A stretch of DNA of 55,898 nucleotides from Nitrosospira sp. (GCA_039935055.1 JBDTKY010000064.1:1-55898), one strand, 5' to 3'. Numbered from the stretch's first letter, positions 1 through 10,179 are shown. Numbers and translations: made by a program. The notes: a model not told the origin generated them from the letters alone.

Positions 1-304
1 CACAAAGTTCCGTTTCCGCTCTCCGTAGACACGGGCAAGGTGTATCGCACTCTTGCCCTTGATAAACCCGATTACCTGTGACACCGCATACTTCGGCGAA
101 ATCGTTATCAGCATGTGTACGTGATCCGGCATCAAATGCCCCTCCTCTACCCGGGCTCTCTTTCTGGATGGCCAGTTTGCGGATCACCTCACCCAGATAC
201 TTCCTCAGCTCTTCGTACAACGTCCTTCTTCGACACTTGGGTATGAATACCACGTGATATTTGCACTCCCATTTCGAGTGGTTTAGGCTTTCAAATTCGT
301 CCCT
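1..304 (-). pseudogene. tnpA: IS200/IS605-family Y1 transposase TnpA, inactivated; 3' end runs off the window
   Basis: Manual translation gives (x)DEFESLNHSKWECKYHVVFIPKCRRRTLYEELRKYLGEVIRKLAIQKES / RVEEGHLMPDHVHMLITISPKYAVSQVIGFIKGKSAIHLARVYGERKRNFV, with the HUH motif DHVH. The start codon reads AGG (302-304) behind an AGGAG RBS, and there is a +1 frameshift at about 151-156. Confidence 0.93.
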
Positions 305-424
305 CTTAAAACTCCTTTTCGTTTGCTTGGCGGCTCACGATCAAGAGTTTCTCGATGGACTCCTCTAAATGTCAAACTTTAACTGCCTCCCCGGCAGAGC
401 CGGGGGGTCTCCCTGGCGGACTAG
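1..424 (-). mobile_element. IS200-like element, transposase-upstream end with subterminal hairpin
   Basis: Hairpin CTCCCCGGC-AGA-GCCGGGGGG at 387-407 upstream of tnpA, typical of IS200/IS605 ends; exact boundary uncertain. Confidence 0.8.
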
Positions 425-441
425 CACTTCTGAGCGGTTGA

Positions 442-1785
442 TCAAATTACACCCTGGCCAATCATCGCATCCGCCACTTTTACGAAGCCAGCCACATTGG
501 CGCCATCGACATAACTAATGCTGCCATCTTTGCGCTGACCGTATTGCAAACAGGATCTGTGAATGGCCTGCATGATCTCAAGCAATCTGGCATCCACCTC
601 TTCCCGCGGCCACGAAAGACGCATGGCATTCTGGCTCATTTCCAGACCTGAAGTGGCCACCCCGCCCGCGTTGCTGGCCTTACCTGGGGCAAACAACACC
701 TTGCTGTGTTCGAAGCGTTTCACGGCTTCTGCCGTGGAAGGCATATTGGCACCCTCGGCGACACAGATCACACCATTCCTGATCAGGGCTGCCGCATCTT
801 CTTCATCTAGCTCATTCTGCGTCGCGCACGGTAAGGCTACGTCTACCGGTATATGCCATGGACGCACACCAGCAATAAAGGTGGCCTTTACTCGTTCAGC
901 GTAGCCGCTGATTCGGGCATAAAGATGATTTTTCACCTCTTGCAGTTCAGCCAGCTTTTCGCTGGTAAAACCGTCCTCATCAACTACTGTGCCGCTGGAA
1001 TCGGATACTGTTATTACTTTAGCGCCCAACGCCATCGCTTTTTCCACGGCATACTGGGCGACGTTACCAGAACCCGAGACGGACACCCGCAGACCATCCA
1101 GCGAACGGCCGGCATGTTTGAGCATTTCCTCGGCGAAATACACCGTGCCGTAACCGGTAGCTTCCGGACGAATCAAAGACCCTCCAAAACTCAAGCCCTT
1201 GCCGGTAAAAACGCAGTCGGCGCGATTGGACAGCTTTTTCATCATTCCGGCCATGAAGCCAACTTCTCGCCCGCCAACACCTATATCCCCGGCCGGCACA
1301 TCTATATCGGAACCAATATGGCGAAACAACTCGCTCATGTAGGCCTGACAGAAACGCATGACCTCCCCCTGGCTTCGGCCCTTGGGGTCAAAATTTGCCC
1401 CTCCTTTGCCGCCACCCATTGGTAGAGTGGTCAGCGCGTTCTTGAAAGTCTGCTCGAACGCCAGAAATTTGAGGATGGAAAGATTCACCGAGGGATGAAA
1501 ACGAGTGCCTCCCTTGTAGGGACCAATGGACGAGCTGTGCTGTATTCTGTAACCCCGGTTAACATTCACCTCCCCCTGATCATCCACCCAGGCAACCCGG
1601 AAAATGATTATTCGCTCCGGCTCTATAAGACGATCCAGAATGCCGTGCTCGGCATAACGAGGGTGGTCGGTGATAAAAGGCCAGAGGCTTTCCATGACTT
1701 CCGCAACAGCCTGGAGATATTCGGGCTGACCTGGGTTATGCTCAGCTATGTACGCGCAGAATTCCTGAAAGCTTTGGTATTTCAT
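442..1785 (-). CDS. gdhA: NADP-specific glutamate dehydrogenase
   Basis: GPYKGG, LPMGGGKGG, DVPAGDIGVG, RPEATGYG, GSGNVA and PGKASNAGGVA motifs; start moved to MKYQSF behind an AGGGAG RBS. Confidence 0.97.
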   Translation of the reverse strand: MKYQSFQEFCAYIAEHNPGQPEYLQAVAEVMESLWPFITDHPRYAEHGILDRLIEPERIIIFRVAWVDDQGEVNVNRGYRIQHSSSIGPYKGGTRFHPSVNLSILKFLAFEQTFKNALTTLPMGGGKGGANFDPKGRSQGEVMRFCQAYMSELFRHIGSDIDVPAGDIGVGGREVGFMAGMMKKLSNRADCVFTGKGLSFGGSLIRPEATGYGTVYFAEEMLKHAGRSLDGLRVSVSGSGNVAQYAVEKAMALGAKVITVSDSSGTVVDEDGFTSEKLAELQEVKNHLYARISGYAERVKATFIAGVRPWHIPVDVALPCATQNELDEEDAAALIRNGVICVAEGANMPSTAEAVKRFEHSKVLFAPGKASNAGGVATSGLEMSQNAMRLSWPREEVDARLLEIMQAIHRSCLQYGQRKDGSISYVDGANVAGFVKVADAMIGQGVI

Positions 1786-2360
1786 TGTGATCTCTCCCTT
1801 ATAACAAAACCATTCTGCCAAAGTGTGCATTCTGCCAAATTACTCGCTGAATCGCACTGTATTTATACAGCGACAGTGCCGCCGATGGTGCCGCAATTGC
1901 TACGTAACGGCGTTGATTTGACCGTATTTTATAAAGGAATTCCCGCTGACTGAATGACTCAGCGAGCAACCGGGACTTCAGCGTTTTTTGAAAGTTGAGG
2001 TAAAAAAATTCGTGGCAAACTGAGATTGAACGCGTTCATCAAATCAAATCCGCGCTTCCGTGAATCCTGAAACTCCTGATTGGTTGCCATATTATTGTGG
2101 CGAGGGATTAATTTTCCTGGATAAGTCCCTTGCAGTTTGGGTCAAATACACGAAATGACTGCGGATAATAACAGCACGTCATGCCGATCGCTGCTTTAGC
2201 GAGGCGCATCATCTTTCTTTTCGGAATCTTTTTTTTGCGGTCTGGTCCACCAGACGATAATAACCAGTAGCGCCAGCGCTACACCTGCTTCCAAGAGTAA
2301 TATCCACATAGGGTCAAGCATGATGTATATTTGTCAAACGCAACTTTAACCAAAAACTCG

Positions 2361-3554
2361 ATGAAAAACCAATTAAGTTTTCTTACGGTTGCCACATTGC
2401 TGCTGCTCAATGCCTGTACGACTGTGCCGATGGGTACCCGCGTTGCCCCAGAGAAGCCGGCAGCGTCCGCAATTCCGCCAGCCGTGACCTCTCCCGTGAC
2501 TATGCTCAAGCCAACTGACTGGGGCGCCCTGACAGGCTGGACGGATGACGATATCTTGCCCGCATGGGATGCGTTCCTTCGAAGCTGCACTGTTCTGAAA
2601 AATCAACCGCTGTGGCAGAAAACTTGTACTCAAGCCGACTCAATACGAGGACAGGATAACGCTACGCTGCGGCAATTCTTCGAAAGCCGTTTTGTTCCGC
2701 ACCAGGTTCTGAATTCTGATGGTAGCGGTGAGGGCCTGATCACGGGCTATTATGAACCCTTATTGAAGGGTAGCCGTAAGCAATCCACGCGTTACCGCTA
2801 TCCGCTTTATACTACTCCCGATGAGCTCCTTGTAGTCGATTTAGGTGAGATTTATCCCGAGCTCAAGAACATGCGGCTGCGCGGGCGTTTGCAAGGACGC
2901 AAAGTGGTCCCGTATTACAGCCGCTCTGAAATAGAGAGAAATCCGGTGCCGCTACAAGGGAAGGAACTTCTATGGGTTGATGATGCGATTGATTTATTTT
3001 TCCTGCAGATCCAGGGATCGGGCCGGGTAGCGCTTGAGAATGGCGAGATCGTGCGCGTCGGTTATTCCGAACAGAACGGCCATCCTTACAAATCCGTCGG
3101 ACGGTTACTGGTGGAGCGCGGGGAATTGCCCCTCGAAAAAGCTTCCATGCAGGGAATCAAGGCTTGGGGCCAGAAAAACCCGGCCAGATTGAATGAGTTG
3201 TTATATCAGAATTCGAGCTTTGTTTTTTTCCGGGAACTCCCCGCCGGTGTGCCAGGGCCTCTCGGTTCGCTCGGCGTGCCCCTGACCGCGGGCAGAAGTC
3301 TCGCTATCGACCCTCGCACAGTACCCCAAGGTGCGCCGGTGTTTCTTGCCACGACCTGGCCAAATACTGACAAGCGGCTTCATCGGCTAATGGTGGCGCA
3401 GGATACCGGCGGCGCCATCAAGGGGAGCGTACGTGCCGATTTCTTCTGGGGCTTCGGTCCGGAGGCCGGGGATCAGGCCGGAAAGATGAGGCAGAGCGGG
3501 AAAATGTGGGTATTAATGCCGAACAATTATCTGCCGCAGACGCCGGTTCCGTGA
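2361..3554 (+). CDS. mltA: Membrane-bound lytic murein transglycosylase A (lipoprotein)
   Basis: Lipobox LLNAC; TGYYEP, FFLQIQGSG and AQDTGGAIKG-RADFFWG (3D domain) motifs. Confidence 0.95.
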   Translation: MKNQLSFLTVATLLLLNACTTVPMGTRVAPEKPAASAIPPAVTSPVTMLKPTDWGALTGWTDDDILPAWDAFLRSCTVLKNQPLWQKTCTQADSIRGQDNATLRQFFESRFVPHQVLNSDGSGEGLITGYYEPLLKGSRKQSTRYRYPLYTTPDELLVVDLGEIYPELKNMRLRGRLQGRKVVPYYSRSEIERNPVPLQGKELLWVDDAIDLFFLQIQGSGRVALENGEIVRVGYSEQNGHPYKSVGRLLVERGELPLEKASMQGIKAWGQKNPARLNELLYQNSSFVFFRELPAGVPGPLGSLGVPLTAGRSLAIDPRTVPQGAPVFLATTWPNTDKRLHRLMVAQDTGGAIKGSVRADFFWGFGPEAGDQAGKMRQSGKMWVLMPNNYLPQTPVP

Positions 3555-3597
3555 GAAGCGCACAAAAGTCTGGATGGTCTCCAGGCTCATAAGGTTG

Positions 3598-4308
3598 TTA
3601 TTTTATGGTTGCCGTACCCAGTTTCTTTTCTACGATGTCAGCGGTTATCATTCCCGGCACTATCGAGCCATCGGCAAAAATTAACGTCGGGGTACCATTT
3701 ACACCGTGCTTCTGCCCTGTCTGAAGGAGGGTTTCAATCGGTGTTTCACAGCTTTTTCCGGCCGGAGCAGCATCTCTTAACATAAAGTCGTTCCAAGCCT
3801 TGAGCCGGTCAGCAGAACACCATATCGCCGTGGCAGTATCTACCGAACCGTTAAGCACTGGGTAAAGCAGCGTGTAGATGGTGACATCAGTAACTTTGGC
3901 CAATTCCTTTTCCAGCCGCTTGCAATAGCGGCAATTCGGATCGGAAAAAACTGCCAGCCTGCGTTTCCCATTGCCTTTTACGGCTTTGATCGCAAGTTCA
4001 AGCGGAAGGGAATCAATGCTTATCCGCCGTGCATCCTTGATCTCTTGCAAGCGGTCGCTGGTCAAGCTTCGTTTGGTTTGCGGATCAACCACATGACCCA
4101 AAAAAAGGTAAGTCGCCTTTTCGTCCGTATAGAATAACTCTCCCCCAACCACAACTTCATATAATCCGAGATAAGGCGTTTTTTTCACGCTCTCAATCTT
4201 CTCCCCGGCGAAATTTATCATGAGCGCTTTTTTTAGGGAGGCTTCATTGGCGGAAACCACACCAGCAAAGCATAGTAATAAGAAAGGAAAGACAAAGTTA
4301 AAACGCAT
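3598..4308 (-). CDS. dsbC: Thiol:disulfide isomerase DsbC
   Basis: Signal peptide, dimerisation domain, FSDPNCRYC active site, GTPT cis-Pro loop. Confidence 0.93.
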   Translation of the reverse strand: MRFNFVFPFLLLCFAGVVSANEASLKKALMINFAGEKIESVKKTPYLGLYEVVVGGELFYTDEKATYLFLGHVVDPQTKRSLTSDRLQEIKDARRISIDSLPLELAIKAVKGNGKRRLAVFSDPNCRYCKRLEKELAKVTDVTIYTLLYPVLNGSVDTATAIWCSADRLKAWNDFMLRDAAPAGKSCETPIETLLQTGQKHGVNGTPTLIFADGSIVPGMITADIVEKKLGTATIK

Positions 4309-4516
4309 GATCTTGATTGCTCCAGTTCAAGTAAATGTATAGGGACATCTCTATAAAACGCATCGCGACGTCCACTTTGCGGCTTGCGCCGCTTATCCGT
4401 GCCTTGCTTACCCCTAAATCGGCAAATGAACCCTGGAATTCGAATTTATATTGGCGCCCCAATGACCGCCCAGTGAGCGTTCACTATCGCCAATTACGAA
4501 ATCAAGCGGTTCACCT

Positions 4517-5686
4517 TCAACTCAATGCGTGCTGCATCAATTGGTCTTTTATGAGAGGCAACTGGTTGGTGATTTCCAACCCTAAATTACGCCAGCGAAC
4601 AAGCGTCGGGTTAGTATTGTTAAATAATTTCTGTAGACCATCAGTGGCGAGTTCCATTGCCAGAATGTCTTCCTTGCGTGCACGCTCGTAACGGCGCAGC
4701 AGCAAGTAATCGCCACAATCTGTTTGAAGCCCGCGCGCGATAATGGTTGCAGCCAGTTCGCGCGCATCACGCAAGCCCAGGTTCACACCTTGTCCGGCAA
4801 GAGGGTGGATGCCGTGGGCGGCATCACCGATAAGCGCAAGACGCGGCTGCACCAATTTCTTCACGTGCACGAAATTCAGCGGAAAAGCGGCAGGTTGCGT
4901 AAAAAGCCGCAATTCACCTAATGCATGGCAGGATGCTTCGGTGACTTGGCGGCACAATTCTGTTTCAGATAAATCGAGCAGCACGCGGGCCTGCTCTTCA
5001 TTTGCCGACCACACCATGGATACCAGCGCCTCAGGCAATGGCAGCAGTGCCAGCACCCCATCCCGCCGGAACCACTGGCGAGCAACATTGCGGTGGTACT
5101 GCTCCGCATTAAAATTGGCTACCACCCCTATTTGTTGATAGGAGTGTCGCACAACCCCGATTTCCGCCTGCTCCCGCACCCAGGAATTCAAACCATCCGC
5201 ACCAACAATCAATGCCGCTTGCAGCACATTGCCATCTGCCAGATGTAAATTGGCATGAGACTCGGTCCATGTTATCGAGACACATTGCGAGGGGCAGAAA
5301 ATCTTGACATGCTTTTTCTGGCGCTTGAGTGCATTCCACACGGCGGCCTGAAGCTGGCGATTCTCCACAATGAAAGCCAGCTCCGTCAATCCGATATCGT
5401 AGGCGCTGAAATCAAGACGTGCGGCGCTATCGTCGCCGAACACCGCCATTTTATAAACTGGCGTAATTCGGGCCTCATCGAGCGCTTGCCATACACCAAA
5501 TTTTTGCAGAAATCTGGTGCTTCCCGGACTAATAGCATAAATTCTGCTGTCCCAACTATCATTGTTGGGAATAGGGTCCGGCAGTCGCGACTCCACCAAT
5601 GCTATTTTTAGACCACTATCTTTGAGAGCAAGCGCCAAGCTTGCCCCAACCAGTCCGCCGCCAACAATAACGACATCGAATTTCAT
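4517..5686 (-). CDS. UbiH/UbiF/UbiI-family FAD-dependent ubiquinone hydroxylase
   Basis: GGGLVG Rossmann motif, GADG, GDAAHGIHPLAGQGVNLG. Confidence 0.93.
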   Translation of the reverse strand: MKFDVVIVGGGLVGASLALALKDSGLKIALVESRLPDPIPNNDSWDSRIYAISPGSTRFLQKFGVWQALDEARITPVYKMAVFGDDSAARLDFSAYDIGLTELAFIVENRQLQAAVWNALKRQKKHVKIFCPSQCVSITWTESHANLHLADGNVLQAALIVGADGLNSWVREQAEIGVVRHSYQQIGVVANFNAEQYHRNVARQWFRRDGVLALLPLPEALVSMVWSANEEQARVLLDLSETELCRQVTEASCHALGELRLFTQPAAFPLNFVHVKKLVQPRLALIGDAAHGIHPLAGQGVNLGLRDARELAATIIARGLQTDCGDYLLLRRYERARKEDILAMELATDGLQKLFNNTNPTLVRWRNLGLEITNQLPLIKDQLMQHALS

Positions 5687-5852
5687 GCAGACATTATACA
5701 GATGCTTTTAATCCGGCGGATGGAGTATCGGCGCTTCCCAAAAATAATACAAGAAAGCGGCTGCGAACTTGATACGGTTTGAATTAGCAAAGCTGACGAA
5801 ACCTTTTGCTCTTTGTATAAGCCTATGCAATGCGCGCAAACCCTTGTAAATC

Positions 5853-5881
5853 TTGACAGAGTCTCCCTCCGAAGGCACAAT
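5853..5881 (+). promoter_or_regulatory. Sigma70 promoter of tRNA-Met
   Basis: TTGACA-17 bp-CACAAT ending 21 bp before the tRNA. Confidence 0.75.
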
Positions 5882-5902
5882 TCCACCTCTTCGACGCATC
5901 GT

Positions 5903-5978
5903 GGCGAATTAGCTCAGTGGTTAGAGCAGCGGAATCATAATCCGTTGGTCCCCAGTTCGAATCTGGGATTCGCTACCA
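5903..5978 (+). tRNA. tRNA-Met (CAT), probably elongator
   Basis: 76-nt cloverleaf: acceptor GGCGAAT/ATTCGCT, D-arm AGCTCAGTGGTTAGAGC, anticodon arm GCGGA-ATCATAA-TCCGT, GTTCGAATC T-loop, encoded CCA. Confidence 0.96.
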
Positions 5979-6147
5979 ACCACCTGCCACCAGAGAATTA
6001 GACCCTCATATCAGCGCTCTAATTTGGGCCTGTTACACGGTGAGAACAAATACCTCGTCGCATGTTCTCGCCGGTCAACAGATTCATTGCTCCAGCCCGG
6101 AGGTGCGTTCCCTTGTAACACCCTCTTTCTACATCCACGTACTGTTG

Positions 6148-6267
6148 TTATTTCACACAGATGCCGCTGCATTCGGCACCACCCCTCGTGGGATCGCAGT
6201 TGTCCGAGGGATCATCCACACAGGTCTTGCCTGCGGCGCAGGGAAATCCGGCAATTCCTCCGCACAT
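6148..6267 (-). CDS. 39-aa six-cysteine mini-domain (possibly a gene remnant)
   Basis: MCGGIAGFPCAAGKTCVDDPSDNCDPTRGGAECSGICVK*; below the ORF-track cutoff; ATG lies 8 bp from the IS5 end. Confidence 0.65.
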   Translation of the reverse strand: MCGGIAGFPCAAGKTCVDDPSDNCDPTRGGAECSGICVK

Positions 6268-6275
6268 TTGTTTAG

Positions 6276-7319
6276 GGAAATGCCGATTTATTCGTCTGTT
6301 CTGACAACCGCACATAGGCTTGGAACGTTAATAAACGGCCATCAATAACTTCGACTGACCCCTTCGCAAGGTTACCATGACGAATCAACCAATGAGTTCT
6401 TCCGAGGCTGAATACAGTACCGGGAAGAAGCGCACGCGGCGTGACATCTTTTTTATCCAGGATGGAACAGGTGGTGCCGTGGAGCCGGCCTATCGCCACC
6501 ATCGAGCCGTATTACCCCAAGAGCGGCAAACGCGGGCGTCCGCCAATAGGCATCGAACGCATGCTACGCATGTATTTCATCCAGCAAGGGGATGGACCTG
6601 CCGATGTAGCCGTAGAAGCCGCTATTTATGATAGTCAGGCCCTGCGCAGATTCTGCGGCATCGGCCTGGCTGTTGCATCCGTACCGGACAGGACCCCATT
6701 GATGGATTTTCGTCACTTGCTGGAAAAGAACGCACTGGCGCAAGCCATGCTGCAAGAGGTTAACGCACTGCTCAAAGCGCGTGGATTGCTGATGAGTCAA
6801 GGCATGCTCATTGACGCCATGCTGATCGCTGCCCCCAGTTCAACCCAGAACAAGTCCCGTGCGCGCGACCCTGAAATGCACCCGGCCAAAAAGGGCACTC
6901 AATGGCACTTCGGTATGAAGGCCCACATCGGTGTTGATGTGCATGCCTGAGTGCTGACAAAAGGATCTGGTGCTGGCCTATGAGAAACTCAAAGCCAGTA
7001 TCCGGGCCAAGGCCGGACATCCGTTGTACATCGTCAAAAACATCTTCAAACACAAGAAGACCCGCGCTACCAGGGAATCGGCAAAAATGATGCGCAGCTC
7101 AACACGCTATTTGCCTTGAGTAATCTATACAGGGTCAGGGGCAAGTTGTTCCCCTGATTCGGGAAATGGGTAGAAAAGTCGCAAAACATAAGCACAACTA
7201 GAAAAAATGAAGAGAAAACTTCGCATTTAATTAAAAACTGAACGTGGCGATACGAGCGGGTGCCACAATTCTTGCGCTGTCTTGCCGGTTGCGCAAAGAT
7301 TCATTTGATCGGCGTTTCC
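6276..7319 (+). mobile_element. IS5-family insertion sequence, degenerate (1044 bp)
   Basis: Imperfect TIRs GGAAATGCCGATTTA and GGAAACGCCGATCAA (reverse complement of the right end); TTAG target duplication at 6272-6275 and 7320-7323. Confidence 0.92.
6377..7157 (+). pseudogene. IS5-family DDE transposase pseudogene
   Basis: KKRTRRDIF, MEQVVPW, GRPPIGIERMLRMYF, IDAMLIAAPSST, WHFGMKAHIGVD and C-terminal EKLKASIRAK...KNDAQLNTLFALSNL; frameshift near 6450, stop and internal deletion near 6950. Confidence 0.93.
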
Positions 7320-7538
7320 TTAGCACTGTAAGATTGAAAACATAAACGTCGCTTGTGGAAAATGAACAACACGCCACGTCTGTTTGAGCTTGGACAGATT
7401 TAAGCGATAATGGGGCATTCATGTTTGTGTTCAAGACTTTCGGCGCTGGGGCACCACGCATAAAAGCGGGTATCAAGGCGGGTATCATTGGCGATTCATA
7501 CGATAATATTTGGTTGTTAACAGACAGTTGACTAAGAT

Positions 7539-8102
7539 ATGCTGTTGATGATCGATAATTATGATTCTTTCACCTACAACCTGGTGCAATACTTTGGGGA
7601 GTTGGGTGAGGAAGTAACGGTGTTTCGTAACGACGAGATTACGCTGGATGAAATTTCCCAGCTAAACCCCGCGCGGATCGTAATTTCACCCGGTCCCTGC
7701 ACCCCTGATAAGGCGGGTATATCGATACCATTGATTGAGCGATACAATGGGCGAATCCCCCTATTGGGCGTGTGTCTCGGCCATCAAAGCATAGGCCAGG
7801 CCTATGGCGGCAAAATCGTTCACGCCATGCAACTCATGCATGGTAAAACTTCGCCTATTTTCCACAAAGGTGCAGGCATGTTTCGAGGCCTGCCAAATCC
7901 GTTTACGGCGACACGCTATCATTCCCTTGTTATTGAGCGTGAAAGTCTTCCAGATTGCCTGGAAATCACTGCCTGGACGGAGGATGGCGAAATCATGGGT
8001 GTTCGCCATAAAACTCTGACGGTCGAAGGTCTGCAATTCCATCCGGAATCCATTCTGACCGAACACGGATACAAATTACTGGGAAATTTTCTGAATCAGT
8101 GA
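7539..8102 (+). CDS. trpG: Anthranilate synthase component II (glutamine amidotransferase)
   Basis: [29 protein letters not shown]; lies upstream of trpD and trpC. Confidence 0.95.
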   Translation: MLLMIDNYDSFTYNLVQYFGELGEEVTVFRNDEITLDEISQLNPARIVISPGPCTPDKAGISIPLIERYNGRIPLLGVCLGHQSIGQAYGGKIVHAMQLMHGKTSPIFHKGAGMFRGLPNPFTATRYHSLVIERESLPDCLEITAWTEDGEIMGVRHKTLTVEGLQFHPESILTEHGYKLLGNFLNQ

Positions 8103-8143
8103 ATAGCCTATGTGATGGGGGCACACCGCAAAAGGACATTATC

Positions 8144-9187
8144 ATGAAACCGCAGGAAGCGTTGGCCCGTATCATTGAGCACCGTGAAATCTTTCACGAC
8201 GAAATGCTCTCACTCATGCGCCAGATCATGCGCGGAGAGTTATCACCGGTCCTGATCGCCGCCATCATTACCGGGCTGCGGGTAAAAAAAGAAACCATTG
8301 GCGAAATTGCGGCTGCGGCACAGGTGATGCGGGAATTCGCTATTCGCGTGGAAGGCGTGGATAACCAGCATCTGGTAGATACGTGCGGGACTGGCGGAGA
8401 TGCGGCACATACTTTCAACATCTCCACCACCGCGGCTTTTGTCGCCGCAGCTGCCGGGGCGCGAGTCGCCAAGCATGGCGGCCGCTCAGTATCCAGCAAG
8501 TCTGGAAGTGCGGATGTGCTTGAATCCCTGGGAGTCAACCTTAATCAAACGCCTGGGCAAATAGCGGACGATATAAGAGAAATCGGTCTTGGTTTCATGT
8601 TTGCGCCCAATTTCCACAGTGCCATGAAACATGCTGCGCCTGTACGGCGCGATCTCGGCGTGCGCACCCTGTTCAATATCCTCGGGCCGCTGACCAACCC
8701 GGCCGGTGCGAAGAATCAGTTGCTCGGGGTGTTTCATCCCGATCTCGTTGGCATCCTGACGCGAGTACTGCAGCGCCTGGGCAGCCATCATGTGATGGTG
8801 GTTCATGGCAGGAACGGCCAAGGCGGCCTGGATGAGATCACCATAGCGGGTGAAACGCAGATAGGCGAACTCAGGCACGGCGAGGTCACAGAATACACTA
8901 TCAAACCGGAAGATTTCGGCATGAAGACCGCTGTGATCGAAACAATACAAGCGCAAGACAGCACCCAATCCAGAGAGATATTGATGTCGGTTCTGGATAA
9001 TCAGCCAGGTCCGGCACTCGATGTGGTGTTACTTAATGCGGCGGCGGCAATCTATGTTGCAGGGATGGCGGCATCGCTGGAGCAAGGTTTGGAAAAAGCC
9101 CGCGCCGCCATAGAAAGCGGTGCGGCCAAGGAAAAGTTGCGGGAACTGGTCGAATTCTCAAATCGGGACAGAACCTCTCTGGTTTAA
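8144..9187 (+). CDS. trpD: Anthranilate phosphoribosyltransferase
   Basis: [36 protein letters not shown]; start set at MKPQ behind AAGGA. Confidence 0.97.
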   Translation: MKPQEALARIIEHREIFHDEMLSLMRQIMRGELSPVLIAAIITGLRVKKETIGEIAAAAQVMREFAIRVEGVDNQHLVDTCGTGGDAAHTFNISTTAAFVAAAAGARVAKHGGRSVSSKSGSADVLESLGVNLNQTPGQIADDIREIGLGFMFAPNFHSAMKHAAPVRRDLGVRTLFNILGPLTNPAGAKNQLLGVFHPDLVGILTRVLQRLGSHHVMVVHGRNGQGGLDEITIAGETQIGELRHGEVTEYTIKPEDFGMKTAVIETIQAQDSTQSREILMSVLDNQPGPALDVVLLNAAAAIYVAGMAASLEQGLEKARAAIESGAAKEKLRELVEFSNRDRTSLV

Positions 9188-9190
9188 TCA

Positions 9191-10024
9191 ATGCCTAATA
9201 TTCTGCAAAAGATTCTGACCGTCAAGATGCAGGAAATTGCCGCGGAAAAGGCAGTCAAGTCCTTGCTTGTGATGCGTCGAGAAGCGGAGGCTGCGCCGCC
9301 ACCCCGGGATTTCACGGGTGCAATCCGCGATAAGATTACCGCTGGGTTGCCTGCGGTCATTGCAGAAATCAAGAAATCCAGTCCTAGCAGGGGCGTGTTA
9401 CGCGAGCACTTTGACCCCGCTGCTATCGCCGCCAGCTACGCGCTGCACGGTGCAGCCTGCCTGTCGGTGCTAACCGACAGGCAATTCTTTGGCGGCAGCG
9501 GGGAATATCTGAAGCAGGCTCGAGCCGCTTGTGATCTGCCGATACTGCGCAAAGATTTCATGCTGGACGAATACCAGGTGGTTGAGGCGCGCGTTATGGG
9601 AGCAGACTGCATCCTGATAATTGTCGCAGCGTTCTGCATGTCTTGCACCTTCATCGACGAACATCGGCGAGAGGACGAAGTGATTACCCGAATGCTCAAG
9701 CTCGAATTGCTCGCTCAAGCGCTCGGCATGGCAGTACTGATTGAAGTCCACGACGGCGCGGAACTGGAGCTCGCGTTACAATTAAATTCTCCGCTGATTG
9801 GCATCAATAACCGCAACCTGCGCACCTTTGAAACATGCCTGTATACCACGCTGCAACTGCTTGACCGTATTCCGTCCGCACGTATCGTGATCACGGAAAG
9901 CGGTATCGTTGCTTCAGCCGATGTCGCGCTGATGCGCGACCATCATGTTAGTGCCTTCCTTGTGGGCGAGGCCCTTATGCGCGCGGATAATCCGGGAGTG
10001 GAATTGGCGCGATTATTCGTGTAA
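9191..10024 (+). CDS. trpC: Indole-3-glycerol phosphate synthase
   Basis: [33 protein letters not shown] motifs. Confidence 0.96.
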   Translation: MPNILQKILTVKMQEIAAEKAVKSLLVMRREAEAAPPPRDFTGAIRDKITAGLPAVIAEIKKSSPSRGVLREHFDPAAIAASYALHGAACLSVLTDRQFFGGSGEYLKQARAACDLPILRKDFMLDEYQVVEARVMGADCILIIVAAFCMSCTFIDEHRREDEVITRMLKLELLAQALGMAVLIEVHDGAELELALQLNSPLIGINNRNLRTFETCLYTTLQLLDRIPSARIVITESGIVASADVALMRDHHVSAFLVGEALMRADNPGVELARLFV

Positions 10025-10095
10025 AGTTATGATTATGTATAATTGTGCTATGATATTTTTCAGGATTGTGTTCACCATGAATTTCAGTTGCAATT

Positions 10096-10179
10096 TGTTG
10101 CAAAAAAGCAACACAAGCTTCTTCGATATATCGAAAGTTGCTGGATTTTCTTGCTACAAGTTGTTGCGTTAGGCACAAT
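10096..10179 (+). promoter_or_regulatory. Porin promoter with upstream palindromic operator
   Basis: TGTTGC-AAAAAA-GCAACA inverted repeat at 10096-10113; TTGCTA-17 bp-CACAAT at 10151-10179. Confidence 0.55.

Noticed and set aside
1840-1900. Sigma54/NtrC site upstream of gdhA
   Set aside because: No correctly spaced GG-N10-GC found and only a poor NtrC half-match.
5903-5978. tRNA-fMet or tRNA-Ile2 identity
   Set aside because: No C1 mismatch or GGG/CCC anticodon stem as in initiators, and no C4/C5 acceptor pairs typical of Ile2; elongator Met fits best.
6038-6073. 11-bp hairpin downstream of the tRNA as a terminator or IS end
   Set aside because: Large loop, no U-tract and no partner end; cannot assign a function.
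6441-6460. Programmed frameshift in the IS5 transposase
   Set aside because: The gene also has a stop and a central deletion, so simple mutation in the T run is more likely.
7231-7488. 85-aa ORF as the N-terminus of the six-Cys peptide gene
   Set aside because: After removing the IS it joins a different frame from the Cys-rich domain; no recognisable motif.
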